Below the pieces are notes generated by a model. The model worked only from the letters and a program-made list of their open reading frames with translations, had not been told where the DNA came from and searched no databases. Of a stretch of DNA of 64,000 bases, positions 1 to 8,762 are shown in pieces. Positions within the stretch are counted from its first letter, which is position 1; each line of letters opens with the position of its first letter. Location: NCBI GenBank assembly GCA_963828525.1, contig CAWHEP010000001.1, forward strand, positions 143,092 through 207,091, written 5' to 3'. This DNA comes from an uncultured Verrucomicrobiae bacterium (GTDB lineage: Bacteria > Verrucomicrobiota > Verrucomicrobiia > Chthoniobacterales > Chthoniobacteraceae). Made by a program: the position numbers and the translations under genes.

Positions 1-255
1 ATCAGGGTTGGGAGCGCCTTCGATGCTCCAGTCGTGCGGCAAGTCCACGGCTTTCCATGTCGAATCATCGAAATTTACTTGTTCCGCTCCGATTGCCTCC
101 CCGTAGTGGAAGCGCCAGGAGTGATCGAAAAGAATTGTTTGTCGCGGCCCAGCCGCAACGGGCGTGTCCGAGGCAGTAATTTGACCGATCCCACCAGCAG
201 GCGGGAGAAGGGAAACGAATGCCCAGAAGAGGGCTGACCAACGGGGGTGACTCAT
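1..255 (-). CDS. Glycoside hydrolase family 2 (beta-galactosidase-like), N-terminal part, runs off the window edge
   Basis: Manual translation from ATG at 255 (not in ORF track): MSHPRWSALFWAFVSLLPP...RQTILFDHSWRFHYGEAIGAEQVNFDDSTWKAVDLPHDWSIEG. Signal-peptide-like start and the GH2 sugar-binding-domain pattern W.F...FDDS.W..V.LPHDW. Confidence 0.85.
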   Translation of the reverse strand, partial: MSHPRWSALFWAFVSLLPPAGGIGQITASDTPVAAGPRQTILFDHSWRFHYGEAIGAEQVNFDDSTWKAVDLPHDWSIEGAPNPD

Positions 256-377
256 AATGCAATGCTCTGATCCCAGCCAAACCGAAGCCAGCTTAAAAAC
301 CAAACGCGTGTGATGGAATGGCGGAGCGCCGGGGTTGCAAAGATCCTGCCTTCCGATAATCACTAGATGTCTCCAGC

Positions 378-1523
378 ATGAAAGCGATCCAGAAAAAAAA
401 CTTCGCGGAATTCTTTGCCGGTATCGGGCTAATGCGCATGGGTCTGGAACAAGCCGGTTGGAAGATCGAATTTGCGAACGACATAGATGAGGACAAGTGG
501 CGCATGTATCGAGATCACTTCGGAGATACAGGCGAATTCGTGTTGAATGACGTGCATCAACTCGATGCCGGGGCGATTCCTTCCGTTACGCTCGCGACTG
601 CGTCTTTTCCATGCAACGACCTCTCGCTCGCGGGAGCGCGCAAGGGGCTCTCGGGCGAGCAATCCTCAGCGTTCTGGGGCTTTATCGAGGTTCTAACCGA
701 AATGAGCGGCAGGCGCCCCCCCCTCGTCTTGCTGGAAAATGTGACGGGGTTTTTGACCTCTCGTGAGGGCAACGATTTTCGTGACGCGCTTCTGGCGCTC
801 AACCGGCTCGGTTACGCGGTGGACGCCTTCATCGTTGATGCGGCGCGGTTCGTCCCGCAGAGCAGGCAACGACTCTTCGTCGTCGGCATGCTGACGAAAA
901 ACGTCTCCGCTGTTAACGAAACGCCGACCTTCTACGAGGGAAATTGCAGGCCGCCGGCTCTTGCAGACTTCATCCTTTGGAACCCCGAGATCAATTGGCT
1001 TATTCGAGAGCTGCCGCCCCTGCCCAAGGGCACGAAAAACCTCGGTGACATTCTCGAATCCATCTCTCCCAATTCTAAAACGTGGTGGAGTGACGAGCGG
1101 TGCAGATATCTCCTTAACCAGATGAGCCCGAAGCACCGTGAAGTCGCGGAAGCAATGATCGCGGGTGGAACGACAAGCTTTGGGACTGTTTTTCGGCGCG
1201 TGCGGAAGGGAAAGTCGATGGCGGAGTTGCGTACTGACGGAATTGCGGGATGTCTGCGCACACCGCGCGGAGGGAGCGGTCGGCAAATCCTTTTCGCGGC
1301 AGGGGAGGGCCGATTCGCTGTGCGACTACTAACCGGTCGTGAGTGCGCGCGGCTCATGGGAGCAGATGATTTCCGACTCACCGTGCCGCTCAATCAAGCG
1401 CTATTTGGATTCGGTGACGCGGTCTGCGTGCCAGTGATAGAGTGGATCGGCACACATTACCTCAACCCGATATGGAACGAGCATTTCGCTCCGGCGGCGC
1501 CGAGCGAACGACACAGTGCATGA
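378..1523 (+). CDS. DNA (cytosine-5)-methyltransferase
   Basis: Motif I EFFAGIG, catalytic motif IV SFPCNDLS, VI LLENV, VIII QSRQRLF, IX/X RECARLMG...GDAVCVPV. Confidence 0.95.
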   Translation: MKAIQKKNFAEFFAGIGLMRMGLEQAGWKIEFANDIDEDKWRMYRDHFGDTGEFVLNDVHQLDAGAIPSVTLATASFPCNDLSLAGARKGLSGEQSSAFWGFIEVLTEMSGRRPPLVLLENVTGFLTSREGNDFRDALLALNRLGYAVDAFIVDAARFVPQSRQRLFVVGMLTKNVSAVNETPTFYEGNCRPPALADFILWNPEINWLIRELPPLPKGTKNLGDILESISPNSKTWWSDERCRYLLNQMSPKHREVAEAMIAGGTTSFGTVFRRVRKGKSMAELRTDGIAGCLRTPRGGSGRQILFAAGEGRFAVRLLTGRECARLMGADDFRLTVPLNQALFGFGDAVCVPVIEWIGTHYLNPIWNEHFAPAAPSERHSA

Positions 1524-2458
1524 GCGCGGTGACGGACAGTCTGGTTTCGCTTTGCGCGAAGCATCCTAAATTTCTTAAGAAAGGGGGGCTTTGTGTTGCG
1601 CTGGTCTTAACGCAGACAGCCAAGAAGGAAGGATTGCCTCTCCTGGCGGAATCGCTCCGGACGGATGAGGGCGGGCAAGTTACAGGTCTGAGTAAGTCTG
1701 CAGTCCAGAGGATCCTTGAGGCCCACGGGATCGCCAAGGTTCTTGCTGAGGAGGGCGGCAGGACGAGTCGGGGAAGTCTCGGTTTGATGAAAGCATATGT
1801 CGAAACGCTGAACGAACTTCACGAACGAGGCAACGCAGATTTAGACGAGGCGTTTGCTTGGTGGATTGAGCGAGTTCGCGCTCATTTTGCGTCTGAGGGG
1901 CCGAAGTTCAATTTCGATCCGGGTAAATCTCTTCGCGCGAATATCGACGATTTGCTTGAACAATCAAAGGAGGCTCAAACAAACGCGGGCGGCGCCAACT
2001 ACGTTGGCGCGATGCTTCAGCATCTCGTGGGCGCGAAGCTCGATCTTGTTGTTGGGGTCGGAAAGCTCAAGCACCACGGTTTCTCTGTCGCCGACCACTC
2101 CACTGAGCGTCAGGGCGACTTTCAGGTTGAAGCCGTGGCAATCCATGTGACTACGCGCCCGACTGAGGCGCTGATTCGAAAGTGCGCTGCCAATCTTGGC
2201 GCAGGACTGAAGCCGCTCATCATCAGCATCGGCGACGGCGTGGCGGGAGCAACGTTTCTGTTGAAGGATTCGGAGCTGGAAGATCGTGTCGATGTGCTGG
2301 ACGCCGCTCAGTTTCTAACGGCGAACGTGTATGAACGCAGTCTTTTTAACGCCGCCGAATGCAAGGTCACGCTTTGCAAACTGCTAACGCGCTACAACGA
2401 GATCGTCGAAACGTGCGAAACTGATCCGACATTGCGCATTCGGATGCCCCGCTCGTGA
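1520..2458 (+). CDS. DUF4928-like protein, putative restriction endonuclease partner of the MTase
   Basis: ATGA overlap with the MTase stop (ATG 1520, TGA 1521-1523). Motifs GAMLQHLVGAKL, HGFSVAD..ERQGDF, IHVTTRP, ALIRKC..NL recalled from DUF4928. Confidence 0.7.
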   Translation: MSAVTDSLVSLCAKHPKFLKKGGLCVALVLTQTAKKEGLPLLAESLRTDEGGQVTGLSKSAVQRILEAHGIAKVLAEEGGRTSRGSLGLMKAYVETLNELHERGNADLDEAFAWWIERVRAHFASEGPKFNFDPGKSLRANIDDLLEQSKEAQTNAGGANYVGAMLQHLVGAKLDLVVGVGKLKHHGFSVADHSTERQGDFQVEAVAIHVTTRPTEALIRKCAANLGAGLKPLIISIGDGVAGATFLLKDSELEDRVDVLDAAQFLTANVYERSLFNAAECKVTLCKLLTRYNEIVETCETDPTLRIRMPRS

Positions 2459-2580
2459 ATACACAGATCGCGACGTGGCCAACGGCATCACGGGGATTTG
2501 GGTCTGAAGAACTATGTCGCTCAACCTCTGAGAACGTGTTTGAAAAATAGAACGAGTTCGCGATACAATGAGGGAACGGG

Positions 2581-3048
2581 TCAGTCAGAAAGTTGTTTGA
2601 TGAACAAATACTTCGTATGCCCATGCGAGTCCCAGTTCTCTAGCCTGCCCGCAACCTGGTAACCCAGTTTTAGATAAAAATCCGGGGCTTGATAGTCCAG
2701 TGTATCTAAAAATGAGTGCTTGCAGCCCCGTGTAACGGCTTCCTTTTCAGCCATCTCCAAAAGTCTCCGACCTATTCCATGTCGTCGCGCGGATTCGGCG
2801 ACGGCCATGATAGCTACCTTGAGCCACAGAAACTGCGTTTCGGCAATCAAGCCACCAACGACTGAGCCACTAATGTCGCATACCACAACGTTCAACGGCT
2901 TCGGTGAGTTTTCCTCTAGATCGCGCGCGGTGAAGAAACCCGAGTTATGGGAGTAGTTATGTCGGCGCAGTAATTCCCCAATCGATTCTCGCGTGTCCTC
3001 GCTCAGGGTGTTAAGCAGTTCGTAGGTCAAGTCTTTCGCGATTAGCAC
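2581..3048 (-). CDS. GNAT family N-acetyltransferase
   Basis: Acetyl-CoA motif VAESARRHGIGRRLL, plus LDTLDYQAPDFYLKLGY. Confidence 0.9.
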   Translation of the reverse strand: MLIAKDLTYELLNTLSEDTRESIGELLRRHNYSHNSGFFTARDLEENSPKPLNVVVCDISGSVVGGLIAETQFLWLKVAIMAVAESARRHGIGRRLLEMAEKEAVTRGCKHSFLDTLDYQAPDFYLKLGYQVAGRLENWDSHGHTKYLFIKQLSD

Positions 3049-3198
3049 GGATCAGGCCCAGATAACAGGCTGCGAGAATAAATTCAGGAAAGTAGAACGA
3101 GTTTGGAAGAAACCACCCGCCGCCACCATTCGTCCTTGTCCTTCCACTGGAGCGCAGAGCTTGGTATTCAAGCAAGGCTGGTGACAAAGCGTTTCGAG

Positions 3199-5601
3199 CT
3201 ACTGAATCCCCCACGTTTTGTTTGGCTGCGGACCCATCACGAAATCCAGCGTCCCTCCCGCCGCGATCTCCGAATAGTTCAGCCAGCAACGGTTAAGCGA
3301 GCGCCCGTTCAGCATGGCGGATTGGATGTAGATGTTAGCGGGTGAGTTATCCCGAGCTGTGATGACGAACATGCTGCCCTTTGCGTATGCGGGGTCAAGC
3401 TTGAAGGTAACCTTGTCAAACAGCGGGTTTAAAATCTCGAACCGCGGATTTCCGGGGCAGCTCTGGGTGAGACCGGCTGCAGCCAGCACGTACCACGCGG
3501 ACATTTGGCCCACGTCGTCGTCGCCTGGCAGCCCTTCCGGGCCTGTATAGTAAACAGCCATCGATTGCCGCAGCCATTTCTGCGTTAGCCAGGGAGCTCC
3601 GGACCAGTTGAACAGGAACGGGATCAGTTCCGTCGGTTCGTTGACCGGATTGTTATAGGGATTCCACCAAGGCTCCCCTCCACCGTAGATGTGAGCGGGA
3701 TTTCCCTTTCCCATGTAGGGGTTCCATTTCGTGAAATCGGGCGTTCTGCTGAAAAAGTCCTCGAGTTTCGCTGTGAAGAGCTCCTTGCCCCCCAGTAGTT
3801 GGATCAGTCCCGGAATATCATTGTAAGCGGTCCAGCCTGCCTGGTAAACGGTCGCTTCCCTCGTGTATTTGGGAGAGATCAGGCCGGGCCAGGGAAGAAA
3901 ATTACCCTTTCCGTCTTTCGCGCAGAACCACCCCTTCCATTCCGGACGGGAATCCTTGCCAGCCGCGTCATAGGTCCATGGAACATCCGGATTATAGATT
4001 TTCTTGTAAGCCATCGAACGCTCGAGATATTTCGCGGCATCCTCCTTCTTGCCGAGCGCGGTTGCTAACTGCGCCATATTCCACTCACTAAGCCCGTATT
4101 CGGTGGTCTCTGAAATCTGGCCAGGACAATATCCAAATTTGGCATTCCCGTATTTTTCCGAGCTGTTGATCGAGTAAGTATACGCTTTGTCGATATCGAA
4201 ATCTCGAATCCCCTTTTGCCACGCGTCGTTGATCACGATCACGTCCGGATTGCCGATCATGCAATCCGTGTAGTTTCCCATGATCTCCCACCGGTCCAGG
4301 TAATGTTTGCCGTTGAGTTCCGCCAGCGAGAGCATGCTGCTGATCTGATTCCTAACCATCTTTGGCTCGACGAAGGCCAGCAATGGATATTCGCTGCGGT
4401 AATCATCCCAGCCGCTGAAGATGGTCACGTTCGTAAAAGCGTTCGACTGATGCGGTCGATTGTCACCGCCGGGGTATTGCCCATCGAGATCCGCGAAGGT
4501 CATCGGGAAAAGCAGAGCCCGGTAGAGCGCGCTATAATAGATCGTCTTATGATCCTCCGTGCCGCCTTCGACTGACAAGCGATCTATTGCTTTTATCCAG
4601 GCCTCTCGCGCTTGCTGGCGCGCCAGGTCGAAATTCCAACCTGGGATTTCCGCCGTCAAGTTGGCCCGCGCCCCGGCTATGCTCACGAAAGAAAGGCCGG
4701 TCTTCACCATCACCGTTTCACCCGCCTTGCTGGCAAACTCCGTGTAAAAGCCAAGATGTTGTCCATCCTTCTCTTTGCAGCCCGGGATGACTTCTGCGTT
4801 CTTGCACGCCTCAATGAACGAAGGGGCGCTGATATTATGCTTGTTCTTGCCCCACGGCAGGGGCGGAGTTGAACTCCATTCGGCTGGAAGGGTGGCGCTC
4901 CACACCCCGTATTTCGTAAAAGGCTTGCTGAATTCAGCATGATAATAGGCCGTGTAACGGGTGCTGCCGCCAAAAGTCCATCCCCCTCCGGCGCCCGTGA
5001 ATTCCATCGTTCCTTCAATGGTATGGTCATCCACCACCTTTACCGTCTGGCGCAGCGACGTGCCGGAGTTCCGGTGGGAAAGGTCCACTTGAATACGGGC
5101 TTGCGTGTTGTCGGGGAAGGTAAACCGAATGATTCCGCTGTGCATCGCGACTGTGGCCTCAGTCTGAACCTTATAATCCTCCAACATCACGGAGTAATAG
5201 CCGGCGGACGCTTTCTCGGTCCCCTTGGAGAATGCCGAAAGGTATCCGGTGCCCGATTTTCCCTTGTCTCCCCAATACGTCTTTAAGGGACCCGTCGTTG
5301 CCATCACCATGAAGTTTCCCAGTTCTCCGCCGTCTGCCCCGCCGAGTTGGTCAAAGCCAAAACCCTCGACTGTTTTGTCCCCGTAAGAGTATCCCATGCC
5401 GGGATACGTAATGGGACTGATCTTGACCATGCTGAACGGCATGGACGCGCCAGGAAAATCCTTTCCCTGGTGTCCAGTACCAATAAATGGATCGATATAG
5501 TCAACGGGAGCCTTGGCCTGGAGCGCTGAAAGCCAGGAAGCACCGATTGCCAAAGCAACGAGAAAGGTGATTCTTTTAGGGGATCGAGTTGAGATTGCCA
5601 T
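3199..5601 (-). CDS. Secreted GH92 alpha-mannosidase-like glycoside hydrolase
   Basis: Signal peptide, DYIDPFIGT..G..FPGA..PF, FSGWDDYR, NEP, GDDDVGQMSAWYV, C-terminal GGTL.F.MGPQPN..WG. Confidence 0.92.
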   Translation of the reverse strand: MAISTRSPKRITFLVALAIGASWLSALQAKAPVDYIDPFIGTGHQGKDFPGASMPFSMVKISPITYPGMGYSYGDKTVEGFGFDQLGGADGGELGNFMVMATTGPLKTYWGDKGKSGTGYLSAFSKGTEKASAGYYSVMLEDYKVQTEATVAMHSGIIRFTFPDNTQARIQVDLSHRNSGTSLRQTVKVVDDHTIEGTMEFTGAGGGWTFGGSTRYTAYYHAEFSKPFTKYGVWSATLPAEWSSTPPLPWGKNKHNISAPSFIEACKNAEVIPGCKEKDGQHLGFYTEFASKAGETVMVKTGLSFVSIAGARANLTAEIPGWNFDLARQQAREAWIKAIDRLSVEGGTEDHKTIYYSALYRALLFPMTFADLDGQYPGGDNRPHQSNAFTNVTIFSGWDDYRSEYPLLAFVEPKMVRNQISSMLSLAELNGKHYLDRWEIMGNYTDCMIGNPDVIVINDAWQKGIRDFDIDKAYTYSINSSEKYGNAKFGYCPGQISETTEYGLSEWNMAQLATALGKKEDAAKYLERSMAYKKIYNPDVPWTYDAAGKDSRPEWKGWFCAKDGKGNFLPWPGLISPKYTREATVYQAGWTAYNDIPGLIQLLGGKELFTAKLEDFFSRTPDFTKWNPYMGKGNPAHIYGGGEPWWNPYNNPVNEPTELIPFLFNWSGAPWLTQKWLRQSMAVYYTGPEGLPGDDDVGQMSAWYVLAAAGLTQSCPGNPRFEILNPLFDKVTFKLDPAYAKGSMFVITARDNSPANIYIQSAMLNGRSLNRCWLNYSEIAAGGTLDFVMGPQPNKTWGIQ

Positions 5602-5755
5602 CGGGGAGTGGGGGAGCCTCTCGAATTTCTACCGTCTCCTCTGTCGCGCAAGCATTTTCGGGTAGCTCTGCCCAGCCTTCAGTCCAAATGAGTTCTTCAT
5701 GACGGTGGAGATTACCTCGCCCTTCTAAATTCCGCTTCTCCGTGGGGAAAGCTGA

Positions 5756-6091
5756 CTAGAGCTTGCCAGCGCGCAACGCTTTTAGGATCTCTTGCAGCTC
5801 TTCGCTCGCGCTCACGAGTTGGGAATCGAGCTTTTCGCACTGCGCCTTCACCCGTTCGCAATTTGGCGGAAGGCCTCGCTTTATCGCGGCCACGTGGAAT
5901 CGAAGTCCTGTGACGGTCTGGCAGATGGTATCATGCAGCCGCTGCGCCACGGGATGTGGTTTCGGATACTCCTCGGGAGGCGCGGACGGCAATGCCCCTT
6001 TGATTTTCCGCTGTGGCGAGGCGGTGGGCAGGCTGCCGCGCCTTCTCCTCGGGACTGGCTGTTTTTTAGGTGGCGATTTCGCGGATGGCAT
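5756..6091 (-). CDS. Small protein with a HisKA_3-like helical domain, no ATPase domain
   Basis: VAQRLHDTICQTVTGLRF resembles the NarX-type H-box (ELHD...Q.L). Start at ATG 6091 is uncertain and overlaps the upstream receiver gene. Confidence 0.5.
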   Translation of the reverse strand: MPSAKSPPKKQPVPRRRRGSLPTASPQRKIKGALPSAPPEEYPKPHPVAQRLHDTICQTVTGLRFHVAAIKRGLPPNCERVKAQCEKLDSQLVSASEELQEILKALRAGKL

Positions 6092-6467
6092 CTTCGATAA
6101 TGGCATCCAAATCGGTGCCGCCAAAGGGTTTTACGAGGTGATGTCGAAACCCTGCTTCCTTGCTCCGCCGGAGATCTTCATTCGTGCCCAATCCGCTGAC
6201 CGCGATCGCATAGACCGGGCAGGAGAATTTGGCCAGGCGCAGGAGCTCCCAGCCGTCACCATCCGGGAGGCCGATATCGGAAATCAGCACATTGCACCTC
6301 GATTCGGGCAGGGCGGTTAGGGCCTCCTGCATGGTCCGAGCCGACTCAACATGGAAGCCGAAGCTTTCAAGATACATCTTGAGGTACTTCAAGGTGTCAC
6401 GGTGATTCTCGACGATAAATACCCGCAGGGGAGGAGCCGCGGACTCAGCACTCGCCATGGCATTCAT
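6066..6467 (-). CDS. Single-domain response regulator (receiver)
   Basis: VFIVEN, LISDIGLPDGDG, AVSG, HLVKP. Confidence 0.9.
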   Translation of the reverse strand: MNAMASAESAAPPLRVFIVENHRDTLKYLKMYLESFGFHVESARTMQEALTALPESRCNVLISDIGLPDGDGWELLRLAKFSCPVYAIAVSGLGTNEDLRRSKEAGFRHHLVKPFGGTDLDAIIEDAIREIAT

Positions 6468-6511
6468 TTCGACAGTTTCAACAGATCACCCTCCATCTGG
6501 CGTCCTGATCG

Positions 6512-7008
6512 TCAGGTCAGGGGAATACTGACGCGAAACGTCGCGCCTTCGCCCCTGCCGGCGCTGGCCGCCTGAAGCTGTCCCCGTGCGCATCGCCGCG
6601 CTCGCGGTCGAGATCGGTGAGCTTTAGATGGCCGTTGGTCGCCGTAAGATGCTTGACCGGCGGAATCACATACACGCGATTTGCCTCCACTTTCGTCCCG
6701 CGTGGGCCACGCGCATCTTCGTCCATTTCCGGCATCGAGCTGACGTGGTCTGGCGACAGATGCATGATGACCACAAAAACCATCCCGGACTCCGCCGGCA
6801 TTTTTTCGAAGAACGCTTGGATCGCCCTTATCGACCCTGCGGACCCGCCAATACCCACCATGGGCAAAAGCTGATAGCCGACAGTGGGAATGATGTTGTC
6901 TATCTCCGCGCCGAGCTCCTGCTCGACGAGATCCGGATTGATATTTGGGAGACCAGTTTCGACCCGCGCAGGCGCCAAGTCTGGCGTGGGAGAGTCGGTG
7001 TCATCCAT
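6512..7008 (-). pseudogene. Internally deleted CheB-domain/histidine-kinase fusion gene relic
   Basis: N-terminus has CheB motifs GIGGSAG, IMHLSP, VYVIPP. After RERG it jumps to DAHG(G)QLQAASAGRGEGATFRVSIPLT* (HATPase G2-box end, shifted frame). Small internal deletions near 6700-6725. Confidence 0.8.
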
Positions 7009-7286
7009 AACCCTAAAGCGTAGGCTCTGCGCGCAATGAGCGCGAGTGGAAAATCCTGCCACACAGAGGGGCCGTAACCCGAGCGAACGTTCGATACCGG
7101 CTCCTCCTCTCCTGCGAGACAAATGACTATTTTGGGCGATCGTGGGCGACGGGCTCAATGGTTGAGGCGCGGAGATCGGAAAATAAAACGCGCGGGGCGA
7201 CACATTTCCCAGGCAATTTCCCCCTCCAGAGTGATGCTGGCCGCCAAATCGCTGGCGGGGGCCGAAATATTTGGTAACAACAGACT

Positions 7287-8762
7287 ATGAGTTCTGTCCC
7301 TCTCTCCACCATTGATGACCGTTGCGGGATGGGGGTGGAGGGATTGGATGAAGTGCTTCACGGTGGATTGCCACGGAATCGGCTTTATCTACTGCAGGGA
7401 AGTCCCGGAGTCGGGAAAACGACTTTGGCGATGCAGTTCCTGTTGGAGGGCCTGGGCCGGGGAGAGGCGGGCTTGTACATCACCCTTTCCGAGACGCGGG
7501 AAGAGATCGAGATCGTTGCGGCCTCGCATGGATGGGATCTCGCGCCCCTGCATCTTTACGAGCTATCCACGATCGAGGAGACGGTTCGCGGCGAGACTGA
7601 AAGCACGTTTTTCCATCCGGCGGAGGTGGAGTTGAATCGAACGATCGAGGCGCTCATCGCGGAAATTGAGCGCGTGAACCCGTCGCGCGTTGTCTTCGAC
7701 TCGCTGTCGGAAATGCGGATGCTCGCGGATACGCCGCTACGCTATCGGAGGCAGATTTTGCAGCTCAAGCAGTTTCTGGCAGGGCGGCGCGCGACGGTGC
7801 TGCTGCTGGATGACCTGACCGCCGGCGCGGGCAATGTGGAGGTGGAGAGCATCGCGCACGGTGTGCTCACGTTGGAGCGCGTTTCCGCGGCCTACGGGGT
7901 CTCTCGCCGGCAGTTGAGTGTCATGAAATTGCGCGGGTCGGCTTTCCGGGAAGGCTTTCACGATCTGATCCTGACTCGCGGCGGGATGAAGATTTTTCCG
8001 AGGTTGGTGGCCAGCGAGCAACACACCGAATTTGTGCGGGAGGATTTTCCCAGCGGAATCGCGGAACTCGACGCCCTGCTCGGAGGCGGGCTGGGCCGGG
8101 GAACGAGCGCGATGTTCATGGGGCCACCCGGCACCGGCAAATCAACACTCGCCTTGAGGTTCGCGCTGACGGCGGCGGAACGCGGCGAGAAATCGCTCAT
8201 CCTTTGTTTCGACGAAACCATGGGGACGCTGCTCGACCGGGCTGCGAAGCTTGGCATGGATCTCTCGGTCCATGTCCAGGAAGGCCGGATCAAGCTCCTG
8301 CAGCTCGACCCAGCCCAGATTTCACCGGGTGAATTTGCGAGCCTTATTCATGAAGCAGTGATGGGAGGAGGGGCCAGGATGGTGATCGTCGATAGCATTA
8401 ATGGCTACCTGAACGCGATGCCGGAGGAGCGGCACCTGAATATGCAATTGCATGAGGTGCTCGCTACCCTGAATCAACTGGGGGTCATCACCATTATGGT
8501 TCTCGCGCAGCAGGGCCTCATAGGGATAATGCAAACTTCGGTCGATCTCACATACCTCGCGGATACCGTGCTGCTGCTGCGCTACTATGAAGCCCGCGGC
8601 GAGGTGAAGCAGGCGATCTCGGTCATCAAAAAGAGAAGCGGCAATCACGAGAGGACCATCCGCGAGATTTCCGTCGGCCCGGGCGGCATCAATGTAGGGG
8701 AGCCGCTCCGGGGCCTGCAGGGGGTGCTCACCGGCGTGCCCACCTTTATGCATGATTCCTGA
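7287..8762 (+). CDS. KaiC-like double RecA-domain ATPase
   Basis: Two Walker A motifs (GSPGVGKT, GPPGTGKS), VFDSLS and IVDSIN Walker B, KLRGS and KKRSG arginine-finger segments. Confidence 0.9.
   Translation: MSSVPLSTIDDRCGMGVEGLDEVLHGGLPRNRLYLLQGSPGVGKTTLAMQFLLEGLGRGEAGLYITLSETREEIEIVAASHGWDLAPLHLYELSTIEETVRGETESTFFHPAEVELNRTIEALIAEIERVNPSRVVFDSLSEMRMLADTPLRYRRQILQLKQFLAGRRATVLLLDDLTAGAGNVEVESIAHGVLTLERVSAAYGVSRRQLSVMKLRGSAFREGFHDLILTRGGMKIFPRLVASEQHTEFVREDFPSGIAELDALLGGGLGRGTSAMFMGPPGTGKSTLALRFALTAAERGEKSLILCFDETMGTLLDRAAKLGMDLSVHVQEGRIKLLQLDPAQISPGEFASLIHEAVMGGGARMVIVDSINGYLNAMPEERHLNMQLHEVLATLNQLGVITIMVLAQQGLIGIMQTSVDLTYLADTVLLLRYYEARGEVKQAISVIKKRSGNHERTIREISVGPGGINVGEPLRGLQGVLTGVPTFMHDS

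Noticed and set aside
393..400. A8 tract near the start of the MTase as a phase-variation switch
   Set aside because: In frame, short, and explained by Lys-Lys-Asn codons, with no evidence of variation
1442..1519. Upstream extension of the DUF4928-like ORF in the track
   Set aside because: Overlaps the MTase, and the ATGA-coupled start at 1520 is more plausible
7287..8762. A true circadian kaiABC clock
   Set aside because: No kaiA or kaiB in the window and the canonical S-T phosphosite pair is not retained
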